A stretch of DNA of 64,000 bases from an uncultured virus (IMG/VR IMGVR_UViG_3300028595_000010) (taxonomy: Duplodnaviria; Heunggongvirae; Uroviricota; Caudoviricetes). The position numbers were made by a program, and so were the translations under genes. This document shows positions 10,011 through 19,234 of this stretch, piece after piece. The stretch's first letter is position 1, and each line of letters starts with the position of its first letter. The notes under the pieces were generated by a model. That model was not told the origin of the DNA, did no database searches, and worked only from the letters and a program-made list of their open reading frames with translations. The stretch is taken from the IMG/VR virus record IMGVR_UViG_3300028595_000010, one strand, 5' to 3'.

Positions 10011-12092
10011 ATGGGTAGAAAAAAGAGTCCCTACCTAAAAATGTTGCAGGAGTCATTGATTGACTTCAGTAAGATGACTACGCACAAGGGTCCGGCATCT
10101 GGTGTCATTAGTTATGACGGCCAAGGTGAATTGGACTTCTACAAACCTGTAAATGATGTAGTATCAATTCTTGAAAGATACTATCTAAAAGAAGGATCAC
10201 TTGATGCAGATGATACACCTATCGCTACTGGTGCAGGTGTAGGTCGTGACAAGAATCCTGAAAACTCAGAATGGGTTGAACAAGATCTCGTAGATATGGC
10301 AACTCAGAAGGCTAGCGGTCAATCCGGTTCTGCTTCTGGTGGCCCAGGCACTATTCCTAATGGTATGCAGCCAGAAGGTTATGATGCCAATGTTATGGAT
10401 CAAGATGATAGTTCTGAAAACAAAGAACAGACTCCTGATTATGGCAAGAAACCTGTTCAAGAATCAATTGAACTTTTCGATGATCTTGAAGCTCTTCTTG
10501 AAATGGATCTTCCCGATGTTGAATCCAACGATGACACCAATGAAGTACAAGGTGCAGACGCAGCAGCGGGCAAAGATGTTCCTGAACTTGGTGACTCCGA
10601 TGAATTCGTAGAAGATTTCGAAGTTCGTCCTGACGCTGATAATACCAGCAAGGCGACCATGCAGGAAATGCTTGATGAAGCTCTCGACGACCTAGACGAA
10701 ATGGGTCTAGAGGATAACGAAGACCCTTTTCTTGAAGCCAGCGAACTTCTAGAGATGGAAGATGAAGACACCATGGAACCGAGCGATGATTTCGGTGGCG
10801 GTGAAGGCGTTCCGGTAATGCCCGCTGGCGATGATGATTCCATCGGAGATGAAGGTGATCAAGAAACTGATCTTCAAGTTCCCCCTGTAGGAGATCAAGA
10901 AGACGAAATTGATGAAGACGAATCTTCCGCAGAAGAAGAGCCAGAATATGGCGAAAATGAAATGTATGAAAACGACGCCTTTGGTCTTGACGAAGAACTT
11001 GAAGAAGGTTTTTTGGAAGGATCAGATGATCTATCTGAAGTAAGTCTTGATGAAATGCTTCAGGAAATGGATGACGATATATCATCCGGCGAGGTAGATG
11101 ATGCTGGCGTCGAAGATGACGACGAGGAAGAAGCAGATGATCTAGATGAAAGTCTAGATGATATGCTTGAAAATCTCGGTGATTCTGGTATGGGCCCAGA
11201 CGATGGAGAACCTAATGTAGGTCCTGGCCCATCCGGTGTAGAATCAGTTGATAATGAAATAGGTCCTGATCGCGGCCAAGGCACTCCAGGTGAAGGCCGC
11301 AGAGCTGATGCAACAGCAGAAGCGCTCGAAGAATTCGACGAATTCCTATGGGAAGACGCCGAAGACGGAGGGCAGGATTTTTTTCAATCAGCCGTCGATG
11401 AGTCAGGTGAGGAGCCAGTAGCCTCTGAGGACTCCGCAGACACCAAAGATCTCTTTGGCGGCAAAGATGAAGGCATTCCGGATTCTGATAAAGCATCTTC
11501 ATGGGCAGAAGTTGATGAATCGGCCCTATTCGAAGATGTTGATACAGAGCGAACTGCACCAGGAAAAAGTGGAAATGATGTAGTACCTACCGGTCCTGCA
11601 CAGACCAGCTCAGATTCTATGGAATTCGAACCTATGGAAGAAGATGCTGATACTGAACTCACAGAGCCCGGTAAAGCTGGAAATGCAATGTCCGATATAG
11701 GTGAACAGCACAGGACTGATTTAGGTCCTGACGCTGGTGGCGCTGGTGATAAACTAGAAGGTCTCGAAGAATCTGATGATCTGTTTGAAGAAGCACTAAA
11801 AGAGGAAGATGAAATGGATCTTTCATCTGAACCAACAGGTGGTCAACCAGCAGAGATTCAGAATGCAGACAGGGGAACTCTTCCAAATGAGGAACCTAAT
11901 GCTGATGAAGATCAGCCTGCAAAAATTGAGAACGCTAGTCTCACAAACGAGCAAGTAATTCGTGCTCGAAAAACAAACGAAGAAAATGTAGTCGAAAGAC
12001 TCATTAGAGAATTTGAAAATTACTCTGATGAGGATATCATTCTTGAGTCAGTTGATCTCGAAGATGAATCATTCGACGAATTTTCCGAGTAA
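10011..12092 (+). CDS. Highly acidic, probably disordered prohead core/scaffold-like protein
   Basis: 693 aa, extremely D/E-rich, with many hydrophobic-x-E sites; sits just upstream of the portal/protease/capsid genes. Confidence 0.5.
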   Translation: MGRKKSPYLKMLQESLIDFSKMTTHKGPASGVISYDGQGELDFYKPVNDVVSILERYYLKEGSLDADDTPIATGAGVGRDKNPENSEWVEQDLVDMATQKASGQSGSASGGPGTIPNGMQPEGYDANVMDQDDSSENKEQTPDYGKKPVQESIELFDDLEALLEMDLPDVESNDDTNEVQGADAAAGKDVPELGDSDEFVEDFEVRPDADNTSKATMQEMLDEALDDLDEMGLEDNEDPFLEASELLEMEDEDTMEPSDDFGGGEGVPVMPAGDDDSIGDEGDQETDLQVPPVGDQEDEIDEDESSAEEEPEYGENEMYENDAFGLDEELEEGFLEGSDDLSEVSLDEMLQEMDDDISSGEVDDAGVEDDDEEEADDLDESLDDMLENLGDSGMGPDDGEPNVGPGPSGVESVDNEIGPDRGQGTPGEGRRADATAEALEEFDEFLWEDAEDGGQDFFQSAVDESGEEPVASEDSADTKDLFGGKDEGIPDSDKASSWAEVDESALFEDVDTERTAPGKSGNDVVPTGPAQTSSDSMEFEPMEEDADTELTEPGKAGNAMSDIGEQHRTDLGPDAGGAGDKLEGLEESDDLFEEALKEEDEMDLSSEPTGGQPAEIQNADRGTLPNEEPNADEDQPAKIENASLTNEQVIRARKTNEENVVERLIREFENYSDEDIILESVDLEDESFDEFSE

Positions 12093-12108
12093 GTTTATAT
12101 ACTTATCC

Positions 12109-12140
12109 AAAGGGAGTCAGGTAACACTGGCTCCCTTTTT
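12109..12140 (+). terminator. Rho-independent terminator
   Basis: AAGGGAGTCAG-GTAACA-CTGGCTCCCTT followed by a T run. Confidence 0.85.
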
Positions 12141-12148
12141 CTTATCTG

Positions 12149-12163
12149 GAACAAATATTTAAA
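12149..12163 (+). promoter_or_regulatory. GAACAAA-W-rich motif (putative late promoter)
   Basis: GAACAAATATTTAAA between the terminator and ATG 12191; one of about 17 copies. Confidence 0.6.
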
Positions 12164-12190
12164 TTGAATCTGAATTAGTTAGGAGCTATT

Positions 12191-12541
12191 ATGTCGTCTG
12201 AAGGAAGAAAATTAATTATTTCTCTGAAAGAGGGTCAGAGGAATATGATAATGACAGATAAAAATCCAACAGACTCTATTGAGGATTTGAAAAGTAAATT
12301 AATTAAGTTGATGGGGTCCAAAAAAATTTGCGCCATTCAAACTCAAAATGATTTACTTATTTGTAGACCGAGTCAATTAACAGCAATTATGGTCTCATCA
12401 AAAGGCGAATTTGAAAAGATTGAGTCTTCTGTAGAAGAGACTGATTTTCTTGATGAAATTGAAGAAGATGAAGACCCTGAAAAATCTGAATATGTAGACT
12501 CATTAACTTTTGATGAGGAAACAGAAGATGATCAGGATTGA
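12191..12541 (+). CDS. Hypothetical protein with acidic tail
   Basis: 116-aa ORF with AGGAG RBS. Confidence 0.6.
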   Translation: MSSEGRKLIISLKEGQRNMIMTDKNPTDSIEDLKSKLIKLMGSKKICAIQTQNDLLICRPSQLTAIMVSSKGEFEKIESSVEETDFLDEIEEDEDPEKSEYVDSLTFDEETEDDQD

Positions 12542-12959
12542 TATTTATTTTATCATTGGATTGATTGTCCTATTTTTTGTATATCGCTCAATACGTGAGA
12601 GTATATCGAATTACATTATTGTGAACAAACATCAAAGCTACGTAGAACTTTATGAGTGGTTTTTGGAAAAGGCTTATGATATTGTTTACAGGACACATGT
12701 TATGGTATATTCATCTGAAGGCCTTAATCCTTCTGCCGCAGATATAGAGTCAGCCAAAAGAAATTTTGTAAAATTGACTCGTGAAATGATGGGGTCTACA
12801 ATAGAGCAAGAACTGATTCAATTCTTTGGATCTGAGCAGACTCTAACCGAAAATACAATTTTATATTTCCAGGAAAAGACCATGGCAGATGAGTTGCTCG
12901 AATTGATAAAACAACATAAAGATTTAACTGGTACCGGTCCTACTATAGAAGGTGAATAA
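12528..12959 (+). CDS. Hypothetical protein with N-terminal transmembrane segment
   Basis: IDIYFIIGLIVLFFVY hydrophobic stretch; lies directly before the portal gene. Confidence 0.55.
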   Translation: MIRIDIYFIIGLIVLFFVYRSIRESISNYIIVNKHQSYVELYEWFLEKAYDIVYRTHVMVYSSEGLNPSAADIESAKRNFVKLTREMMGSTIEQELIQFFGSEQTLTENTILYFQEKTMADELLELIKQHKDLTGTGPTIEGE

Positions 12960-12961
12960 TA

Positions 12962-15900
12962 ATGCCGAGCCTTAAAGACTTATTTACAAATCTTAAAGCT
13001 GGAATCGTGGGGACACGAACTCAGAAGATAGATAAGCAGATTGACACATCTATGCGTGTCCTTCAGACCTACGGATCTCAAAGTTCACGTAACATCTATC
13101 ACGATGTAATGAGGAACATGGTTACTGCTGTAGGGAAGCCTGAAAGTGATGACTTTCTAAAGGAGATCAATAAAGTCGGAGGCGCAGAAGCATTAGGGCA
13201 AGGCGAAAGAATCAATCGATATAACGAATATGAGCAAATTGTTCGTAATATTGCTTATTGCCAAAGAGCTTTAAAAGTCTTAACTGATAATATATTAGCT
13301 CCTGATGATATCACAAAAAGAGCTATTCAGGTTGTAGCTGAAGATCATGAAAAAGTTTCAGATATAAAAACTGAAACATCAATTTCTAGAATAAAACAGA
13401 TTGTTAAAGCGATTAATCTCGAAAAACATACTGATAGATTAGTATCTACGACTTTAAAGAAAGGTGATTATTTTCTTGAAATCATTTATTCTCCAAAAGG
13501 TCAGAACGCAATGCAAATTCTTACTGAGAATGCATCAAATGTTCTGAATGAATATTATGGAGAAGGGGAGCCAATTGAATTCAATATTACTGTAGAAGGC
13601 GAAAATAAAAAGACTGAGCAAAGATCAGGCAAGATCATTCTTACTGAATTCAATCCATTTGGTGGTGCCTTATTCCAAAAATCTCCTGTTACAGCCGGTC
13701 CTGCCGCATGGAATACAGCATCAGGAATGCCTGTAACCCATAAGCCATATAATGCCCAACCGAAGTCTAAAGACCCAAATATTACCAAGCATGTGGACAA
13801 TGATCCATATGAAAAGAATTTAAAAAGACAGGGCTATAAATTCAAAAATAAATTTGAAAACGAAAATGGTGAGTGTGAGGACAAAAATAAACCTAAAGAT
13901 CTTAAAGATTTATTTGTTACTTTTCATGATCCAAGATATGTAGTTAAACTACAAACAGAAAGATTTAGAGTTTGTTTAGGATATCTTATCTTTCCCAAAA
14001 TTGAAAAAGGTATGCAACAAGCTCAGTTGTGGAATGTTAATACTGGAGATGTCGATCAAATCTGTATTAAGATTATGGATCAACTCCAAACAAAAATTGA
14101 TACAGGAAAAGACTGCCTTCCTAAACACAGCGACCTTCGCGATATAGTAAGCAAGTATATCAAAGACGTTAAGGAAGGAGAAGATTTAAAGATTAGATAC
14201 GTTTCTCCTGAAATGATCTCTCATTGGAAGATTGGTAGTGATCTATATGATCCATACGGAGAGAGTATTTTCGACTCTGTAATGTTTGATTCGAAGTTGT
14301 TAATGGCTATGAAAACTGCTCAAACCATCAAGCAGTTAACTAGTGCGACAGACAAACGAGTCATTAAAGTAGAGACTGGTCTACCCAGAGACTCTAAAAA
14401 CCTCATAGAATTGATGAAAGAGTCTCTTAGGAAGAGAAAGATATCAATTGATCAATTTGGCAGTGTCGATTCTATTCCGTCTCATATATCCACATTTGAG
14501 GATATTTACATACCAATGAGAGACGGCAAGGAATTTGTTTCAATTGATAATATGCAATTTGGTCCTGATCCACAAAACGATGTAGAGCCCATGAGGTTTA
14601 TTCGTGATAACATTGTTGCTAATTTAGGGGTGCCTCCTGCATTTTTGGGATTAGAAGAGAATACTTGTTTATCATTTTTCACAAAAATACCTTTGTTAAA
14701 TGGACAAACAATTGAAATTGGAAAACTTGTAGAAGCATTTGAAAAAGAACCAGATAAATTTAATGTGTGGGTATATTCAATAGATCCAAAAAATCATAGA
14801 ATAGTTCCTGGTAAAATTACTAAAGCGATGTGGACTCGTAAAAACGCCCAAATGGTAAGAGTTTATTTAGATAATGAAAAATTTGAAGAATGTACTCCCG
14901 ATCATAAATGGATGCTTAGAGATGGAACTTATAAAGAAGCTAAAGATTTGAAGCCCGGCGATTCATTAATGCCTTTTTATAGAAAAAATTCATCTCATAA
15001 ACTTAGAAATAACACCACATACACCCAAGTAATGCATCCTGCAACCAATAGATATCAAACATGTCATAGAATTGTATGTGAAGGATTGGGGACGGTTAAA
15101 AAGAATGATGGGATGCAAGTTCATCATATAGATGGAAATCCAAAAAATAATCATCCAGATAATCTACTAGTATGTTCTCCTAGTAAGCATTTATCATTGC
15201 ATTCAGATTTTAGATACAAATCAAATGATTTGGCTACTTATTCTATAACTGAAGTTCGAAATTGTTGTGTATGTAATAAAGAGTTTAAATGTCGTGTACA
15301 ATCTAGCCAATCGACATGTTTATCTGACCAGTGTGTTACTGAAAGAAAACGTTTAGCTGGAATCAAATCATGGGAAAAAAGAAAAATTCGAGCAGGCAAA
15401 GAAGTATCTGTCACTACATGTGAGTGGGATAATAAAAAATATATGCTTATGAAATCTTGTAAGAATAGAGAATGTTCTAATGCATGTAGAGGGTATAATA
15501 CTGCATACACAAGATTTGGCTCAATTCCACAAATTAAAGAAGTATTAGTAAATCATAAAGTTTCTAAAATTGAATATCTCAAAGAAAGACAAAATTGTTG
15601 TGATATTGAAGTGGATAAATATCATAATTTTGCTGTAGATTCTGGAGTATTTGTACACAATAGTAACAGAGCTTTACTTACAGTTGAAAATATTCTCTTT
15701 GCTCGAAATGTAATTGCATATCAAAGAGTATTTTCAGATATGTTACATGATCTCCTTGAGAAGATGTATCTTCTAATTTATCCTGAAGGGATAGGAGATT
15801 TAGATACAATTATAGTCACCTTCCCGCCACCAAAGGCTAGCCCATATGAACATCAAATGGAATACATCGAGCAAATGGTCAGATTGGCTGAAGCTCTAGA

Positions 15901-16063
15901 AACATTTGGTGTACCAAAATCATACTCCAAACGAAAGTATCTTCCTGATATTGATTGGGATGAAGTTGAACGAGCAGATGCAGCTCATAAAGCTAAAACT
16001 GAACTTGGAGAAGAGCCTGATCCTAATGAAGGAATGATGGGTGGAGGAATGGGCGGATTCTAG
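12962..16063 (+). CDS. Portal protein (T4 gp20-like), intein-interrupted
   Basis: PYGESIF, KRVIKVETG, EDIYIPMRDG, LGVPPAFL and ENILFAR motifs; positioned before the protease and capsid genes. Confidence 0.88.
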   Translation: MPSLKDLFTNLKAGIVGTRTQKIDKQIDTSMRVLQTYGSQSSRNIYHDVMRNMVTAVGKPESDDFLKEINKVGGAEALGQGERINRYNEYEQIVRNIAYCQRALKVLTDNILAPDDITKRAIQVVAEDHEKVSDIKTETSISRIKQIVKAINLEKHTDRLVSTTLKKGDYFLEIIYSPKGQNAMQILTENASNVLNEYYGEGEPIEFNITVEGENKKTEQRSGKIILTEFNPFGGALFQKSPVTAGPAAWNTASGMPVTHKPYNAQPKSKDPNITKHVDNDPYEKNLKRQGYKFKNKFENENGECEDKNKPKDLKDLFVTFHDPRYVVKLQTERFRVCLGYLIFPKIEKGMQQAQLWNVNTGDVDQICIKIMDQLQTKIDTGKDCLPKHSDLRDIVSKYIKDVKEGEDLKIRYVSPEMISHWKIGSDLYDPYGESIFDSVMFDSKLLMAMKTAQTIKQLTSATDKRVIKVETGLPRDSKNLIELMKESLRKRKISIDQFGSVDSIPSHISTFEDIYIPMRDGKEFVSIDNMQFGPDPQNDVEPMRFIRDNIVANLGVPPAFLGLEENTCLSFFTKIPLLNGQTIEIGKLVEAFEKEPDKFNVWVYSIDPKNHRIVPGKITKAMWTRKNAQMVRVYLDNEKFEECTPDHKWMLRDGTYKEAKDLKPGDSLMPFYRKNSSHKLRNNTTYTQVMHPATNRYQTCHRIVCEGLGTVKKNDGMQVHHIDGNPKNNHPDNLLVCSPSKHLSLHSDFRYKSNDLATYSITEVRNCCVCNKEFKCRVQSSQSTCLSDQCVTERKRLAGIKSWEKRKIRAGKEVSVTTCEWDNKKYMLMKSCKNRECSNACRGYNTAYTRFGSIPQIKEVLVNHKVSKIEYLKERQNCCDIEVDKYHNFAVDSGVFVHNSNRALLTVENILFARNVIAYQRVFSDMLHDLLEKMYLLIYPEGIGDLDTIIVTFPPPKASPYEHQMEYIEQMVRLAEALETFGVPKSYSKRKYLPDIDWDEVERADAAHKAKTELGEEPDPNEGMMGGGMGGF
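14666..15661 (+). mobile_element. Intein (332 aa) with HNH homing endonuclease, in portal
   Basis: Starts CLSFFTKIPLLNG; block B ECTPDHKW; HNH HHIDGNPKNNHPDNL; ends HNFAVDSGVFVHN followed by +1 Ser. Confidence 0.93.
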
Positions 16064-16077
16064 AACAAATATAAAAA
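16063..16077 (+). promoter_or_regulatory. GAACAAA motif (putative late promoter)
   Basis: GAACAAATATAAAAA upstream of ATG 16084. Confidence 0.6.
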
Positions 16078-16083
16078 GAGATC

Positions 16084-16668
16084 ATGTATATACTAGAAAA
16101 GTTCCAGAAAATCAAAGAGAATTACTATATGAATTCTCTTGCGGAGACTGATCTTACTGAACAGACTCCACCTGAGGCTGCCGGTCAACCCGAGCCACCT
16201 CAACCTCCACCGACTGGTGCTCCTCCTATGCCTGATATGGGAGCTCCTGGTGGAGAAATGGAACCTCCTCCTGGTGCAATTGAAGGTATCCAAGGGGAAG
16301 TAGGCGGAATGGGAGACCCTGGAATGATGGGTTATGGAATGGAGCAACCGAAAGATCCTACCCATCTAGGACGTGTATATGAACTCAATAAGATTTATTA
16401 TAGGCTTCACATCATCCATAAGTGGTTAATGAATTCTCCAGATAAACAACTGGAGGAAACTAGAAAGATTGCCACAGAAGCTTATGATATATTTAAGTTA
16501 ATAATGAACAATCTTGCTAGTTATAAAGACAAGGTTGATGATATTATCCTACAATTTTCTAATTTCGTTGCTAACCTCTCAATTCTTCTTGCAAAACACA
16601 CAAAGCAGAAAAATGCCCTTGAAAAAGAGGAAGAGCAAAAGAAAGAAGAACCAAACGAGGATGAATAA
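16084..16668 (+). CDS. Head-module protein with Pro/Gly/Met-rich N-terminal region
   Basis: Lies between portal and protease; low-complexity PEPPQPPP region then a helical domain. Confidence 0.55.
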   Translation: MYILEKFQKIKENYYMNSLAETDLTEQTPPEAAGQPEPPQPPPTGAPPMPDMGAPGGEMEPPPGAIEGIQGEVGGMGDPGMMGYGMEQPKDPTHLGRVYELNKIYYRLHIIHKWLMNSPDKQLEETRKIATEAYDIFKLIMNNLASYKDKVDDIILQFSNFVANLSILLAKHTKQKNALEKEEEQKKEEPNEDE

Positions 16669-17333
16669 TGTTAGCATCAATTAGAGAATCGGCCGTATAC
16701 GCCAGACCTGAAAAGATCAAAAAGTATCTCGATGGAAAAGTTGTATTCGAAACCTATCTACAAGAAGCGGAAGAACGCAATCAAAATAAAAGAGTCTATT
16801 CTAAACCCGTTCTATCTGACGGAATTAATAGAATTAAAGATAAGATTACTAGAAGAAGTTTTCTAGGGGAGTTGGATCACCCAATCACTACTAATCAGAT
16901 TAGACAGACTACAGTTGAATATAAAGGTGTCTGTCATATCATTAGAGAAGTTGGATGGGAAGGCAATTTGTTGAAAGGGGTTCTCGAAACTACTCCTTAT
17001 ACTGAAAATGGAAAAACGTTAAGTGGTCTAATTCTCGACAAGGTAACTGTAGGATTTTCACTTAGAGGTCTTGCTGATGTTCAAGATAGTGGTAGCTATC
17101 AAATGGTAATGAGTCCTCTAATTATGATTGCATATGATGCAGTTAGTGAACCGTCTAATGCTAAGGCGACTATTCAGGAGGTTAGACAAGAAAACTTCGT
17201 TCGTATCGTTCATGAATCTCAGCAAATGATTCATTGTGATAATGGGAAGTGTTATCTTCCCGACTTTTTCGATGAGTTAGTTGAAAGAAAAATCATTAAT
17301 CTGGCAGATAAGTACCAAAATAGATGGATCTAA
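16668..17333 (+). CDS. Prohead core protease (T4 gp21-like)
   Basis: FLGELDHP, VCHII, GFSLRGL (catalytic Ser) and YDAVSEPS. Confidence 0.9.
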   Translation: MLASIRESAVYARPEKIKKYLDGKVVFETYLQEAEERNQNKRVYSKPVLSDGINRIKDKITRRSFLGELDHPITTNQIRQTTVEYKGVCHIIREVGWEGNLLKGVLETTPYTENGKTLSGLILDKVTVGFSLRGLADVQDSGSYQMVMSPLIMIAYDAVSEPSNAKATIQEVRQENFVRIVHESQQMIHCDNGKCYLPDFFDELVERKIINLADKYQNRWI

Positions 17334-17356
17334 TTTAGGTTTTCTATAAATCACAA

Positions 17357-17370
17357 GAACAAAAATTAAA
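17357..17370 (+). promoter_or_regulatory. GAACAAA motif (putative late promoter)
   Basis: GAACAAAAATTAAA upstream of ATG 17404. Confidence 0.6.
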
Positions 17371-17403
17371 TTGTAAGTTTAAGATTAAACTCGGAGACCA
17401 AAA

Positions 17404-18306
17404 ATGCTTACACCAAATGATCGTAACGATCTTAAAATCGCGATGCAGGCTGCACTCTTAGAGGAAAGCCAAGTTGTTACTGAAAGTGTTGTAATGGAAA
17501 ATTACATCAAGAAAGAAGTAACATATGAACAGCTCCTGAATCTTTGCTTCAACCCAGTAAGGGACGAAGTATATCTTGAGTCCTACCAACTGGAAGATGT
17601 CGCAAGAGATTACATTCTTGAGATGATTTATGGAGATGCTCCTGAGACTCCTAAACCAGAGACTGCTACTGGCAAGTATGAACTTCTTGAAAATATTATT
17701 TACGAAGCTTCCGTTTCAGATCAAATTAAGTCTCTTCAAAGCCAGATTACTACTGCTGCAAAGAAACTTCCTGAGTTGAAAGGTGATGCAAAAGAAAAGA
17801 TTCAACGAGGTATTGCAGCTGCAAAAAAGAAGATAAAAACTCTTAAAAAGGATCAGTCTTCTGAAAAGATGACTGGAAGAAAAGAGGCTGTAAAGTCTGG
17901 CGCCAAGAAACTATACGGCGCAGCTAAAGAAAAGGCAAAAGCCGGATATGAAAAAGGCAAGGCTGGAGTAAAAGTAGCAGGGGCATATGCCACACAGAAA
18001 TCAAAGAGAGCTGCAGATAAGGTCGGTGGCAAATTAACTCAAATGGTCAGCAAGGTTTCCAAAGGAGCCGCTGGTAAAATGAAGGGCCATGAAAGAGCCA
18101 TTGGTGGTGCAGCTATTGGAGCAGCTGGTGTAGCAACAGCAGCAAGTGCCTGGTATCTATATCGCAAGCTGAGAAAGCAAGGTGTAGAGAAGAAGAAGGC
18201 CGCTCAAGCAGCAGCAGTTGCAGCTAAGAAGAAAGCTGAGAAGTCCGGAACCAATAAGGACAAAGAAACTGCCGCAAGATGGGCATCAAGAGCCAAGGCT
18301 GCTTAA
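17404..18306 (+). CDS. Probable internal head protein: acidic N-half, Lys/Ala-rich C-half with Gly-rich hydrophobic segment
   Basis: Sharp charge switch near IIYE|ASV; AIGGAAIGAAGVATAASAWYLY segment; has its own promoter motif and terminator. Confidence 0.55.
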   Translation: MLTPNDRNDLKIAMQAALLEESQVVTESVVMENYIKKEVTYEQLLNLCFNPVRDEVYLESYQLEDVARDYILEMIYGDAPETPKPETATGKYELLENIIYEASVSDQIKSLQSQITTAAKKLPELKGDAKEKIQRGIAAAKKKIKTLKKDQSSEKMTGRKEAVKSGAKKLYGAAKEKAKAGYEKGKAGVKVAGAYATQKSKRAADKVGGKLTQMVSKVSKGAAGKMKGHERAIGGAAIGAAGVATAASAWYLYRKLRKQGVEKKKAAQAAAVAAKKKAEKSGTNKDKETAARWASRAKAA

Positions 18307-18324
18307 TAGATTAGGTTCTATTTT

Positions 18325-18362
18325 AAAGGGTCCTAGCCAATTTAGGTTAGGACCCTTTTTTT
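18325..18362 (+). terminator. Rho-independent terminator
   Basis: AAAGGGTCCTAGCC...GGTTAGGACCCTTT followed by a T run. Confidence 0.88.
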
Positions 18363-18397
18363 CACACAAGGTTCAGGAACTTAAGATTTTAGTACTC

Positions 18398-18436
18398 GAC
18401 TTATAAGTACCAGGAACGCATCCTGACTTATAAGTA
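18398..18436. repeat. Two copies of GACTTATAAGTA containing the palindrome ACTTATAAGT (operator-like)
   Basis: Copies at 18398-18409 and 18425-18436, upstream of the genes leading into the capsid gene. Confidence 0.6.
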
Positions 18437-18495
18437 GGGATTTAAGATAATTGAAATTGATTTTTGACCTTTAAAAACTCTAAGGAGGGTTTTAA

Positions 18496-18804
18496 ATGTC
18501 TATTCTGGTAGAATGTGATTCTGAAAGATCCCACGAACAAATAAATGATAGCGTAGAGTACATCTTCAACGGTATCAAGTCAATTCTTGAAAACGACGAG
18601 TTTGGCATCTTCGAACTTAGGGCATCTAAACGAACGGATGACGAGATCGAACGAACGGATGAACAGATTCAGAAAATGATAGTAGCCAGCCAAGAGAGAA
18701 ATGATAAGAACACGAAACTCTCAAATCTGGTTCAACAATTGAAGTCTGCAAATCAAACTAAAGCTGAAACTCTTATTAAAAGGATTGGAATTGATGCAAA
18801 TTGA
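18496..18804 (+). CDS. Hypothetical head-module protein
   Basis: 102 aa with AAGGAGG RBS; coiled-coil-like. Confidence 0.55.
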   Translation: MSILVECDSERSHEQINDSVEYIFNGIKSILENDEFGIFELRASKRTDDEIERTDEQIQKMIVASQERNDKNTKLSNLVQQLKSANQTKAETLIKRIGIDAN

Positions 18805-19213
18805 AGAGACGTACATATTTGATTCAGATTTTGATGCTTCGCAAGCGTCGAAACTTCTCCTCATGGAGAGGATTGTAGAAGCCTTTACACCGCTTTTTTC
18901 TGAAGAGATAGAACGAAAGAAAAATAGGTTGCAGGACAACAGGCAAGACTACAGTCGTTTGAAGCAAGTTATCAAAGATGCTACTTCTACAAATGAAGAA
19001 CTGAGAACTGAATTTGAACGAGAAAAGAAGATTGAGAAAATTCTCGAAGATTCGGAATTGTTACTGAATAGCAATGTTCTTTATGGCAAAAACAAGCGCG
19101 TAGTAGCGAGCATATTGAATAACTTGGATACGATGAATGTAGATGACCTGGACAAAAGCACAAGGCTGCTAGGAAAGCTGATGCGGCAAAATATCAAACG
19201 TGTTATAACCTAA
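18794..19213 (+). CDS. Coiled-coil protein, possible scaffold component
   Basis: E/K/R-rich helical ORF immediately upstream of the major capsid gene. Confidence 0.5.
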   Translation: MQIEETYIFDSDFDASQASKLLLMERIVEAFTPLFSEEIERKKNRLQDNRQDYSRLKQVIKDATSTNEELRTEFEREKKIEKILEDSELLLNSNVLYGKNKRVVASILNNLDTMNVDDLDKSTRLLGKLMRQNIKRVIT

Positions 19214-19234
19214 ATTCATAATGAGGTCTATCTC

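Noticed and set aside
10266..11886. Several overlapping alternative ORFs in the acidic gene
   Set aside because: Explained by the biased codon content of the D/E-rich frame; no RBS or motifs.
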